A DNA stretch of 53,600 bases from Candidatus Methanomethylicia archaeon. Lineage in GTDB: Archaea; Thermoproteota; Methanomethylicia; Nezhaarchaeales; B40-G2. The notes under the pieces were generated by a model. That model saw nothing but the letters and a program-made list of their open reading frames with translations. It was not told where the DNA came from and did not search any database. Location of the stretch: NCBI GenBank assembly GCA_029259155.1, contig JAPDJI010000019.1, positions 1-53,600 of the forward strand, written 5' to 3'. A program made the position numbers and the translations under genes. Shown here in pieces: positions 18,434 through 26,774 of the stretch (position 1 is the first letter of the stretch; the number at the start of each line of letters is the position of its first letter).

Positions 18434-18958
18434 TTGCCTCTTAGCATAATTCCATATAACGGGAGGAGGCCCTCCGTAGACCCCTCAGCTTTCATAGACC
18501 CTACGTCTCGCCTAGTAGGCTTTGTTAAGGTGGGTAGAGGGTCAGCTGTGTTTTACGGCTCGGTTTTGAGGGCCGAGGAGGGCGAGGTATGGATCGGCGA
18601 GCACGTGGCTATACTTGAACACTGTTTAGTTGAGGCTCCTAGTGGGGTTAGAGTGACTATAGGTGATGGATCGCTCATATCGCACCGCGCTGTGGTACAT
18701 GGGGCGAGCATAGGTAGAGGAGCCTTAGTGGGTATAGGTGCCATATTACTGGATGGAGTTGAGGTAGGGGACGAAGCAATGGTGGCGGCCGGCACCGTGG
18801 TACCCTCAGGCTTCAAGGTGGAGCCTAGATCACTCGTTGCAGGGGTTCCAGCTAGGTTGGTTAGAAGGCTGAGCGAGGACGAGGTTAACGCCATAGAAAG
18901 TTCCTTAGAGGAGGCTCTCCGTAAGGCTGAGCGCTATAAACAGTTGATCAAGCTTTAG
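18434..18958 (+). CDS. Gamma carbonic anhydrase-like hexapeptide-repeat protein
   Basis: PSVDPSAFIDP, ISHRAVVHGASIG, LVAGVPARLVRRL. Confidence 0.88.
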   Translation: MPLSIIPYNGRRPSVDPSAFIDPTSRLVGFVKVGRGSAVFYGSVLRAEEGEVWIGEHVAILEHCLVEAPSGVRVTIGDGSLISHRAVVHGASIGRGALVGIGAILLDGVEVGDEAMVAAGTVVPSGFKVEPRSLVAGVPARLVRRLSEDEVNAIESSLEEALRKAERYKQLIKL

Positions 18959-18960
18959 CC

Positions 18961-19719
18961 CTACCTTATGAGTCCTTGAGGGTCGACTTCCTCCCTAAGT
19001 ATCTTAAGCTCTCTCTCACCTGGGGGTTGTGCTTCGAAGGCCCTCGATACATCGAGCTCGAAGCCAGTGTTTTCTTGTATTTGTCTGGGAGTTACGCTTG
19101 GGTAGTACTCGGCTAAGTACATTTCCCGGGTTTCTTCATCAAATTTCAATATGCCTAAGTCGGTAACCACGGCTATTGGCCCTCCTCTAGGTAGTCCAGC
19201 TTCCCTGCGCGAGTTGCCTCCATTAATCCACCCTGGGCTGGTGAGGTAATCGAGCTTTTCCACGAACCTTCTACGCTCATGGGGGATGAAGACTATGAAG
19301 CCCCACGCCAGCGAAGCTCCGTCACATGCCCCTCCACTTCCAGGCAGTCTCCTCGAGGGTTTATGGTAGTCGCCTATACAAGTCGAGTTTAAGTTCCCAT
19401 ACTTATCTACTTGAGCGGCGCCTAGTAAGGCTATGGTTCTCAGCTTAGGGCTGGATAGTATGGAGAAGGCTTCAAGGAGGCCTGCGTTTATGCTGGCTCC
19501 ATACATAACCCTGGAGTCAGCCACGTAAAGCGGTAGTTCAGGTAAGGCTGAGTCTATGGCGCCGGTCTCGAAGAAGATGACGCACCGAGGAGCATGTATC
19601 TTCTTGGCCACAGTGGCTGCTAGAAGTGGCAAGCCTGTGCCTGCGAAGACGACATCACCGTCCCTTATCAACCTCCCTGCAGCTATAGCCATCATTTCTC
19701 TACGCGTGTAGCTCATCAC
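18961..19719 (-). CDS. CoA-transferase subunit B (glutaconate CoA-transferase-like)
   Basis: GTGLP, FETG, GAAQVDKYGNLNST, LPGSGGACD, VVTDLG. Confidence 0.88.
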   Translation of the reverse strand: MMSYTRREMMAIAAGRLIRDGDVVFAGTGLPLLAATVAKKIHAPRCVIFFETGAIDSALPELPLYVADSRVMYGASINAGLLEAFSILSSPKLRTIALLGAAQVDKYGNLNSTCIGDYHKPSRRLPGSGGACDGASLAWGFIVFIPHERRRFVEKLDYLTSPGWINGGNSRREAGLPRGGPIAVVTDLGILKFDEETREMYLAEYYPSVTPRQIQENTGFELDVSRAFEAQPPGERELKILREEVDPQGLIR

Positions 19720-20684
19720 TTAGGCCTCCTCCTATCCAAGCCCAGCCTGAAGCCATAGGGCTGAGTAGCTGTTATCTCCTTCAACCTTTCTTCGCCCACT
19801 TTCCTAAGATATTCCTCGTGACATGAAACTCCATAGACCCACTCTTCAAGATACTTCTGGAAGCTCTTATCACTCAGCGCAGAGTCGTAGTACATGTAGA
19901 GGTGTTTAGCGTCAACATCATAAAAGCCATAGCAGGCTGTGGGATGGGCGCCAAAGGGCACCTCAACTACTGCGTCGACGAGGAAGCCCGGAAGACAGTT
20001 AAGCTCTGGCTCGTGTCTCAGCTTTTCCTCTGAAACTATTTCCTCGCAAGTAACTATCAGGTGTCTAGAAGCTTTAGCCATCTCGACATCTGCGAACTTA
20101 AGTCCTTTCACCCTAACCGTGCCTTTCTCGCCTACGTACTGAGCGTGGATAATGGTTACATCTGGCTTTATAGCTGGTAGCAAGAGCACTTTTCCTCCAT
20201 TGAAGGGGTCCTCCGCTACGAGAAGTTTTCTCCTAGCTACCTTAGATTCTCGGCGAGTTTCAGGCCTTAAACCCTCTTTGGCAGCAATATCAGTGCCTAG
20301 ACCTGTCCTTGTAGGGATGAAAGGGATATCTAGGGCACCTGCGAGGAAGCGAAGCACCATTTGATAGTTGGAATAGTCCTCCCACTCAACTTCTCCTCGC
20401 TCAACTGCGAGCCTAAACCTAGGACATGTAGGTGCATACCTACCTAAGGCTCCATATGCCAGCTCGATCCTCTTGACGCAGCCAGCTCCTATTAAAAGGT
20501 CCATGGCTTGACCGTGAGAGTGCACATATAAATGCAGGTTTCTCACCCTCTGCCTAATGATCTCGTAGATAGCCGCCATGGGATTGCGATTAGCTGTAAA
20601 ACCACCAAGCGCTATGTGCGCGCCGTCTGGCACATGCTTCTTTACGGCCTCCTTAAGCGTCATCAGCTTACTGCCGAGCTCCAA
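19716..20684 (-). CDS. CoA-transferase subunit A (glutaconate CoA-transferase-like)
   Basis: GGFTANRNPMA, DLLIGAG, RFLAGALDIPFIP, PFGAHPT. Confidence 0.88.
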   Translation of the reverse strand: MELGSKLMTLKEAVKKHVPDGAHIALGGFTANRNPMAAIYEIIRQRVRNLHLYVHSHGQAMDLLIGAGCVKRIELAYGALGRYAPTCPRFRLAVERGEVEWEDYSNYQMVLRFLAGALDIPFIPTRTGLGTDIAAKEGLRPETRRESKVARRKLLVAEDPFNGGKVLLLPAIKPDVTIIHAQYVGEKGTVRVKGLKFADVEMAKASRHLIVTCEEIVSEEKLRHEPELNCLPGFLVDAVVEVPFGAHPTACYGFYDVDAKHLYMYYDSALSDKSFQKYLEEWVYGVSCHEEYLRKVGEERLKEITATQPYGFRLGLDRRRPK

Positions 20685-20852
20685 GCCCAGTCGCCACTAC
20701 CCAGTAAGGCTTTTAAGATAAAAGCTGATACACGTGAGCCTTAAGATATACCCCCTAAAATCCATGAGGTAATAAATATTCAAGATTAAGTTGCATATGT
20801 GAAGTTGAAGCGGCATAGGAGTAATGCATTAAAATTCAAGTATGTATTCTTA

Positions 20853-20883
20853 CCAGGGTTGGAACCCGGCCCTCGCTCGAGGG
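20853..20883 (-). repeat. Degenerate copy of the tRNA-Glu(CTC) 3' half (putative eroded att site)
   Basis: ccagggttggaacccggccctc-gctcgaggg aligns with ccgggatttgaacccgggccgccggctcgagag in the tRNA at about 25537-25569, same orientation. Confidence 0.6.
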
Positions 20884-20990
20884 ATGCGTCCACGTAAAAG
20901 CCTATGTAAAAGAGTTGAAGACACTACAGCCCGCTGTTCAGAACTGCTTCATGGCGCTGTAATACATTAAGCCTCCATGCAAAACTCTGG

Positions 20991-21430
20991 CTAGGCCGCC
21001 ACCTTCCTTAAGACGTCCTCGGCGGCCACCCGCTCCCTGTAGTGAAGAGTACAGTCCAGCTTCCTATGCCCTGTAAGCTTGGCGATTAGCTGGCTGGGTT
21101 GCTCTGTTTGGCTAGGTGGGTTATGAAGGCGTAGCGTAGCGCGGTGTTGAAGCCCAAGCTCCTCGTGGATTATGACGAGGCGCTCGTAGCTTTCTTTGCG
21201 CTTGAGCACCCTAACCTTAACCTCGCGCTCACCGCTCGAGGCCCATTAAAGCGCAACGTCTACAGTCTCGCTAATGCTAGGCCGTTAGCCAGTTGGGTTA
21301 GGAGGATTGGGCTTAGGCATGTCTTGTTAAGCTTCAAGCCCTTTGGCCTCCTTGCTCTTGAGGACTTTGAGCAGCTAACGCCTAGCCTGCTCGAACTCCA
21401 AGCTCTTCCCAAGCATAGAGCCTGACCATA
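20991..21430 (-). pseudogene. Tyrosine recombinase/integrase pseudogene (frameshifts, internal stops, deletions)
   Basis: Fragments in different frames: ILLTQLANG / ISETVD, REVKVRVLKRK, GFNT-ALRYAFITHLAK (HxxR His missing), IAKLTGHRKLDCTLHY. Confidence 0.8.
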
Positions 21431-21820
21431 GCTGTAACCTTTGAGCCCTAAGGTATCTATCCCCTCTACTGCCTCAAACCAACCAGGTGAAGGGCGAAGA
21501 AATCCTAGTAGGTATCTGGAACAGCAGAGATACCTCAAGGCTCCCAGAGGATAGAGAGGATTGTTGAGAACGAGGCTTAACAATAAATCCTAAGTAAACG
21601 TACAATCATACAAGTTGCGTGTTCAAGGATTCTATTGAAGGTGTACCAAGGTCGCAGTTCTAGTTGTAGATGAAGCAAGAGGCATAGCGAGGATGTTGCG
21701 TGTGCGATAGCTACATTGATAACCACTCAAGTCGTAAGCGGCTCGGTTATCAAGAAGAAGTGCCTTGAAAGATCCTACATCGACGCGATGAGATGCGAAG
21801 GACGAGTAGGTGCTACTATA

Positions 21821-21853
21821 GTATTAATATTCTAATATTCGTAACATTTATAA
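21821..21853 (+). promoter_or_regulatory. Imperfect palindromic operator GTATTA-N15-TAACAT abutting TATA box TTTATAA (NikR-like)
   Basis: Same spacing and same position relative to the TATA box as the motif at 24879-24905. Confidence 0.55.
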
Positions 21854-21888
21854 ACTAGTGGGGCTATCCTCTCCTGGGTCGTAAGAGA

Positions 21889-22056
21889 ATGTGTACGGCT
21901 ATCGCTACCAACACAGCTTCTGCCATGCTCGTGGCACAGGCTGCCTTAATGAGCAAGGTCATTGCTTTAAGCGCCTTAGTAAGTATAGTAGCACTGAACC
22001 TGAGGGGGAAACTGGCAGGGTTCTTTAAGGCCCTTCCTAAGGTGTTTAAACTTTAG
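21889..22056 (+). CDS. 55-aa peptide not in the ORF track; candidate radical SAM substrate or small membrane peptide
   Basis: MCTAIATNTASAMLVAQAALMSKVIALSALVSIVALNLRGKLAGFFKALPKVFKL; fills the gap between promoter and radical SAM gene. Confidence 0.6.
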   Translation: MCTAIATNTASAMLVAQAALMSKVIALSALVSIVALNLRGKLAGFFKALPKVFKL

Positions 22057-22077
22057 CTTCTTTTTTAGGGTTGGGAA

Positions 22078-22911
22078 GTGTTTGGTAGACCGATAATACA
22101 GGTTGAACCTACAAACCATTGTAATGAAAATTGTGACATTTGCGTGAGGATGTATCAGAAGAGGGAGCTAGGCTTCATGGACTTCGATGACTTTAAACGA
22201 TTCGTGGACTTAAATAGGCCTTACTATCTGGGTTTCCATGGCTGGGGAGAGCCACTTTTACATGAGAAAATACATGACATGGTGGCGTACGCAGCTTCTA
22301 AGGGCTCCATCACCAGTCTGATAACTAACGGTACGCTAGTGAGCTATGAGGAACTCAGGAGGCTCTTTAACTCAGGGCTCAAGGAGCTGGCCTTCGGGGT
22401 GTATCGAGTTGAAAAGCTTAAACGTATCTCGAAGAAAGTAGAGTACGCAGTTAAGATAAAGAGGGAGCTTCACTTAAAGAAGCCTAGGCTCTTTCTTGAC
22501 ATAGCGTTCTACGAAGGAAACGTAGATGAAGTTCCTGCTATTATAGAGGAAGGACGACGACTTGGGATTGAAGCTATAAATCTACATAGAGTCTTCAACC
22601 CCTACGATGAATCGATTATGCCACTAAGCAAAGAAAGGGAAAGGGAGCTTATGACAAAGGTAAAGAAGATCTCTAAAGAGCTAGGTCTGAAGATCTCCTT
22701 ACCTGGAAAACACAGCTTACCTTGCAGGGTCGCAAAGTTCAGCATTTTTATTACATGGGACTTCAAGATTACTCCTTGCTGTTTCCTTCCTGACCTCTCC
22801 TTCGCTCACGGGCCGAGTATTAAAGTAAGTGACATCGTAGGCTCGCAGAGTTACAAGGCTTTCCTCAAATCGATGTCGAAAAACACCATTTGTAGTAGGT
22901 GTACCTTATGA
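22078..22911 (+). CDS. Radical SAM enzyme with SPASM/Twitch-like C-terminal domain
   Basis: EPTNHCNENCDIC, GWGEPLLH, ITNGTL, C...ITWDFKITPCC...CSRC. Confidence 0.88.
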   Translation: MFGRPIIQVEPTNHCNENCDICVRMYQKRELGFMDFDDFKRFVDLNRPYYLGFHGWGEPLLHEKIHDMVAYAASKGSITSLITNGTLVSYEELRRLFNSGLKELAFGVYRVEKLKRISKKVEYAVKIKRELHLKKPRLFLDIAFYEGNVDEVPAIIEEGRRLGIEAINLHRVFNPYDESIMPLSKERERELMTKVKKISKELGLKISLPGKHSLPCRVAKFSIFITWDFKITPCCFLPDLSFAHGPSIKVSDIVGSQSYKAFLKSMSKNTICSRCTL

Positions 22912-23468
22912 AGAAGACAGACCCTCCAATAACCCTTAAACTGACAATCATGTTTCTCTCAGCTGCCATAAGCACATCTTTAAACCTTGTCCTTCCTATT
23001 AGAGAGGTCCTTAGCATCTTAGGAATACCTGGGCCAGCTGGAGGGATTGCAGTCTTCGGGGGCTTCATCTTCACCTTCTGGATCGTAGCTGCCTACTTAA
23101 TAGCAGGCTGTCAGCGACTAAGCTGTCTATCTACAGCTATCCTTATACCCTCCTTCTGCATGCTCTTTTCCCCGTGGTACGGCGTCGTTGATCCTCCCTG
23201 GTTTGGGATTTACGGAATTTTAGCATTTACAGTAGCCGGTGCAATAGTGGAATGGATGTATAGGTGTGAAGGAGGACTTAAGTCACTTGCTCTTGGAGGG
23301 GGGTTGTCCAATATGCTTTGTTACCTAGTCACCTTGATAGCGATAGGAGCACATACGGATCTCTGGCCTCCTCAAGCATTCATTCCCTTAAACACCTCGT
23401 TATCCTTCACTTCAGGGCTTATTGGCTCTCTCCTAGCATATTTACTAATAAAAACAGGTAAAGTTTAG
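22899..23468 (+). CDS. Integral membrane protein with about 5-6 TM helices, possibly ECF S-component-like (likely start 22908)
   Basis: Hydrophobic profile; GIPGPAGG and SPWYGVVDPPWFG loops; overlaps the radical SAM stop codon. Confidence 0.65.
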   Translation: MYLMKKTDPPITLKLTIMFLSAAISTSLNLVLPIREVLSILGIPGPAGGIAVFGGFIFTFWIVAAYLIAGCQRLSCLSTAILIPSFCMLFSPWYGVVDPPWFGIYGILAFTVAGAIVEWMYRCEGGLKSLALGGGLSNMLCYLVTLIAIGAHTDLWPPQAFIPLNTSLSFTSGLIGSLLAYLLIKTGKV

Positions 23469-23488
23469 AGAAAAACTACGTCGCAAAC

Positions 23489-24847
23489 CTACCTTGTCTT
23501 CCTCAACTTAACAATGCAGGCAGTCGTAATTAGTATAGTAACCAGTATTAGTATAGCAATCACAGCGTAGATCCAAGTAGGCACCACCTCTACTTGCACC
23601 TCTATGGTCTCCTGCTCAGGAGCTGGCATGAGGCCGATGTTGACATACGGGTTAACACCAGCTATTCTCAGATTGGTGAGCTCCGAGGAGCTTTCAATAG
23701 TAAACTCCTCTACAGTCGAAACTAGCTCCTCTGGCTCTCCAAGTTTGTCGAGTAGGTCTAGGTCCATCTTGAGCCTCGCGTACCACCATTTATAAGTGTT
23801 GAAATCTTTGAACCAACTCCTCTCAATACCGCTCTGCTCACAGGCCCTATCCCAGTCAAAGGTTAGCACTACAGCATCCCCGCGACCGTCTCCTCTATCC
23901 CACCTAACGTAAATCCCTGCTACATTGGACGGCAATTGCTGGCTTTGCTCTCTGCTTAACATCATAACCGTCATCCTCCTCTTACCGACGGTGGAGTCGT
24001 AAACCGCTTGGAAGGCGTCATCCTTGCACCAGGGTGGAACCGCTAGTATTATGTAGTATTGGTCATTTTCTTGAATGGGCAAGTATTTATCCAAGTACTC
24101 AATTATAATGGTACCGCTGATGAGCCCTGGGCATATGTGATTATGAAGCTCCGCTGCTCTATACAGCTCGTAAGGTAAGCCCTTGTCCCAACATGCAGCT
24201 ATGGTCATTATTGAGAACTCGTTGCCACCAAAAACCTTACTCTCCATCCTTTCATGCCAAGCCTCCGGGTTGTTCAACAAGTTCTCAGCACCTACGTTCT
24301 CAACCGCTACTCTCTCGAAAAGCTCTTCATCAGCTAAGTTCATGAAGGCTTCTAGAACCGCCCCTTTATCAGTTGCAGCTCTCCACTCCTCCATGTATGA
24401 GGCTAGCACGTTGCTATTGGCCTCTATGTAGACGCAGTCACCTGAGCCCTTACGGTAAAAAGCGAACCAGACCGCTTTCCACTTGGGTGAGTTAACTGAG
24501 ATAAGGTTTCCGCGGCTCTCACAGCAGCCAGAGATTAACGCTAGAGCATCTAGGCAGTCTGATGTCGGGTACTCGTCCATAATGATTGATGCCCCTGCAT
24601 TAGTGATAACTAGTACATCAATATTTCCTCGCTGAAAGCCCAGCCTCTCCATAGCTACGTTAACGGCCCGGTATGCTAGTAGGTGCATAGGGCTTATCTC
24701 CTCTTCATTGATCAACACTTCTAAGTACTCTAGGTCAGGGTAGTCATCCATCAAGCTGGCGCCAACAGCCGTCATGGAGGTAGCAGTCACGAAGAGTATT
24801 AGAAAGGCGAACAAGACGCATAGACGAAGTAACTGCATTAACACCAC
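23489..24847 (-). CDS. Exported, C-terminally anchored FmdE-family protein (degenerate + intact FmdE domain)
   Basis: Signal peptide; ELHNHICPGLISG and PPWCKDDAFQ metal motifs; N-terminal CLDAL..SGC..RGNL repeat; C-terminal TM plus basic tail. Confidence 0.8.
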   Translation of the reverse strand: MVLMQLLRLCVLFAFLILFVTATSMTAVGASLMDDYPDLEYLEVLINEEEISPMHLLAYRAVNVAMERLGFQRGNIDVLVITNAGASIIMDEYPTSDCLDALALISGCCESRGNLISVNSPKWKAVWFAFYRKGSGDCVYIEANSNVLASYMEEWRAATDKGAVLEAFMNLADEELFERVAVENVGAENLLNNPEAWHERMESKVFGGNEFSIMTIAACWDKGLPYELYRAAELHNHICPGLISGTIIIEYLDKYLPIQENDQYYIILAVPPWCKDDAFQAVYDSTVGKRRMTVMMLSREQSQQLPSNVAGIYVRWDRGDGRGDAVVLTFDWDRACEQSGIERSWFKDFNTYKWWYARLKMDLDLLDKLGEPEELVSTVEEFTIESSSELTNLRIAGVNPYVNIGLMPAPEQETIEVQVEVVPTWIYAVIAILILVTILITTACIVKLRKTR

Positions 24848-24871
24848 CTTGGAGAGGGTTAGGTGTGCTTC

Positions 24872-24905
24872 TATTTAAATGCTACTTTTTTATAAAAAGT
24901 ATTAC
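24872..24905 (-). promoter_or_regulatory. Operator GTAATA-N15-TAGCAT abutting TATA box TTTAAATA upstream of the FmdE-like gene (NikR-like)
   Basis: Palindromic core TACTTTTT..AAAAAGTA; mirrors the motif at 21821-21847. Confidence 0.55.
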
Positions 24906-25528
24906 TAATGTAGATCGAGAGAGCTGCAAGCCTCTAGGGTCTAAGAAAACGAGCTGCCTAGCATACTGAGAAGCCTCTTTAGAAACGCGTAGGCTGTGTG
25001 GTTTGAGCTAGATTGAGAAGGCTAGCCGGTTAAGCTGAACGTGGCGGTTAAAGCTGCTTCCTTAGCCCTCCATCGCTCATCTAGGGAGCGAACGATCACC
25101 ATGTCTCATTCCTCGAGCTTAAAGAGCTCTTAGCCACGCTGGGACTGCCCTCTTTTAAGTGCTCCTTAACTCTAGGTAGCAAGAGCTACCCTCCCTAAAT
25201 ACAGGGTTAAAGCGCCTCGCGCCTCTGCCTTAATGGATTTGTCGTGCAGCCCTACGCCTATTTTCACCTTAGGAGCAACTCCTTTCACGTGGATCGCTAC
25301 CTCGAAGGCCCCATCCCTAAAGGAGTGGTCGTCAATAGCTTTAAGCCAGCTACTCCATAAGCATGAAGCAGCACTTGGCTTAAGCACCTTAGCTCAGCGG
25401 AGTTTAGCTCGACCACGCGCCGCCTCCCTCTGAAAACTGTAATCAGAGTTGATATAAAACCTGTTGTAAAAACTTGAAGGCATTGTGGAGGAGGCTGGAC
25501 CCTCTCCCTTCAATTGATGAGAAAATGA

Positions 25529-25603
25529 TGCCCCGGCCGGGATTTGAACCCGGGCCGCCGGCTCGAGAGGCCGGTATACTTAACCGGGCTATACTACCGG
25601 GGC
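25529..25603 (-). tRNA. tRNA-Glu(CTC), no intron
   Basis: GCCCCGG acceptor, CCGGC-CT-CTC-GA-GCCGG, GGTTCAAATCC. Confidence 0.97.
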
Positions 25604-25677
25604 CTAGGGTAGGTGGTTGGGTAGGGTTTCTTAAAATTTATGTCAGTTTTGTTGTTTTTCGAGGGACTTAATTAGTA

Positions 25678-25962
25678 TTGAGCGAGTTTTTTCTAGCGAG
25701 AATGTGGTTTAAGAGTGGTTGGGTGGTTGGGTTTAAGCTTAGATACCCTTCGAGTGGTGAGGTTGCTGAAGCTATTAGGGAGGTATTAGCGAAGTATCCT
25801 TTGCTTAAGCCTGATGAATTGGTGGATAGGGTTAGGGAGGTTCTGGAGGAGGATGGTAGGTATGCTGGTTTGGTTACGGCTAAGAGGGTTTGGAGGCTTT
25901 ATGAAGAGATGGTGCGGCGTGGAGTGATTTATGATGTGCTCGGGGTGGTTGAAGGCAAATAA
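25678..25962 (+). CDS. Small archaeal hypothetical protein, winged-helix-like (true start probably later)
   Basis: RYPSSGEVAEAIREVL...KRVWRLYEEMVRRGVIYDVLGVV. Confidence 0.65.
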   Translation: MSEFFLARMWFKSGWVVGFKLRYPSSGEVAEAIREVLAKYPLLKPDELVDRVREVLEEDGRYAGLVTAKRVWRLYEEMVRRGVIYDVLGVVEGK

Positions 25963-25998
25963 AAGCTTTTAATCGCCCAGCCCTTTTGTTTCATTGAC

Positions 25999-26105
25999 GC
26001 CGGGGTCGCCTAGCTGGCCTAGGGCGCCAGACTCATAGTCAGACGTTGAGGCCAGGCGCCTGAGGGGGTATCTGGTCATCGCGGGTTCGAATCCCGCCCC
26101 CGGCA
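25999..26105 (+). tRNA. tRNA-Met(CAT), elongator type, canonical 37/38 intron (26038-26069, 32 nt)
   Basis: GCCGGGG acceptor, CCAGA-CT-CAT-A|intron|A-TCTGG. Confidence 0.92.
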
Positions 26106-26184
26106 TGATGTTTCGAAATGTAAAGATGCTACGGTGGATGTTTCTTAAGGTAGATGCAGGTCAAAGTCGACTATGTTGCTTTCC

Positions 26185-26316
26185 TTACTCTTTAGGTACA
26201 TATGCCATGCATGAAGAAGTCTCTGTAACCCAAATGCCGTAGTATTCGCATAGATAGGCTCCATCGGGCCTAGTTTTCCTCGCCTTTAAACAAGTTTTAC
26301 AGGAGATGTCACTCAT
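26185..26316 (-). CDS. 43-aa Cys-rich small protein
   Basis: GGAGG SD before ATG 26316; MSDISCKTC...YLCEYYG...SSCMAY, four Cys. Confidence 0.55.
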   Translation of the reverse strand: MSDISCKTCLKARKTRPDGAYLCEYYGIWVTETSSCMAYVPKE

Positions 26317-26438
26317 GGCTCCTCCCACCTGCGCCTTTAATGTAACAGGGGGTTTTAGGTTTTCATGCAGAAAATTTAATATGTTCATTAAGTTGGTAAT
26401 TTTGTAATGGTGGCTACTTAACACAGGTGGAGTAGGAC

Positions 26439-26774
26439 GTGGCTACTAAGCATCGATTAGAGGTGGATTTTGAGGAGTTAGTAATGAAAGCTATAGAAGA
26501 AGCTCTTTCATTATTCGGCGGGTGCGTTAAGGATGTTGTGCTGTATTATTGTTCTAAGAAGCATGGAGTAGCTGGACAGGAGCTTTCTGAAAAGCTTAGA
26601 AAATTTACGCGCTGCCTAGAGGAGATTTTTAGTTACGCTGCATATATAATAGAGCTTCAGGTAGTCTCCTGCTTGTTTACTAAGGTGGGTCTGAGGTTTG
26701 TGGAGAGGAGGGGGTGGGGGTTGGTAGATTACGTGGAGGAGGCTCGTAGTTTTTATCTGGGGGGTAGAGGTTGA
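26439..26774 (+). CDS. DUF3227/NitrOD5-like small protein, likely partner of the KaiC-like ATPase
   Basis: AIEEALSLFGGCVKDVVLYY...FTRCLEEIFSYAAYIIE pattern; overlaps the next gene. Confidence 0.6.
   Translation: MATKHRLEVDFEELVMKAIEEALSLFGGCVKDVVLYYCSKKHGVAGQELSEKLRKFTRCLEEIFSYAAYIIELQVVSCLFTKVGLRFVERRGWGLVDYVEEARSFYLGGRG

Larger units (their letters stand above)
20853..25570. mobile_element. Eroded integrative element inserted at tRNA-Glu(CTC)
   Basis: Intact tRNA at one end; degenerate tRNA 3' repeat plus integrase pseudogene at the other; decayed sequence around intact cargo genes. Confidence 0.6.

Noticed and set aside
21600-21800. VAVLVVDEA Walker-B-like fragment inside the island
   Set aside because: Too short and stop-ridden to assign; possibly decayed element DNA
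24950-25440. Short overlapping ORFs 25172-25387 and 25233-25433
   Set aside because: No recognisable motifs or start signals; probably decayed island sequence
25474-25671. 65-aa ORF on + strand
   Set aside because: Antisense to tRNA-Glu(CTC)
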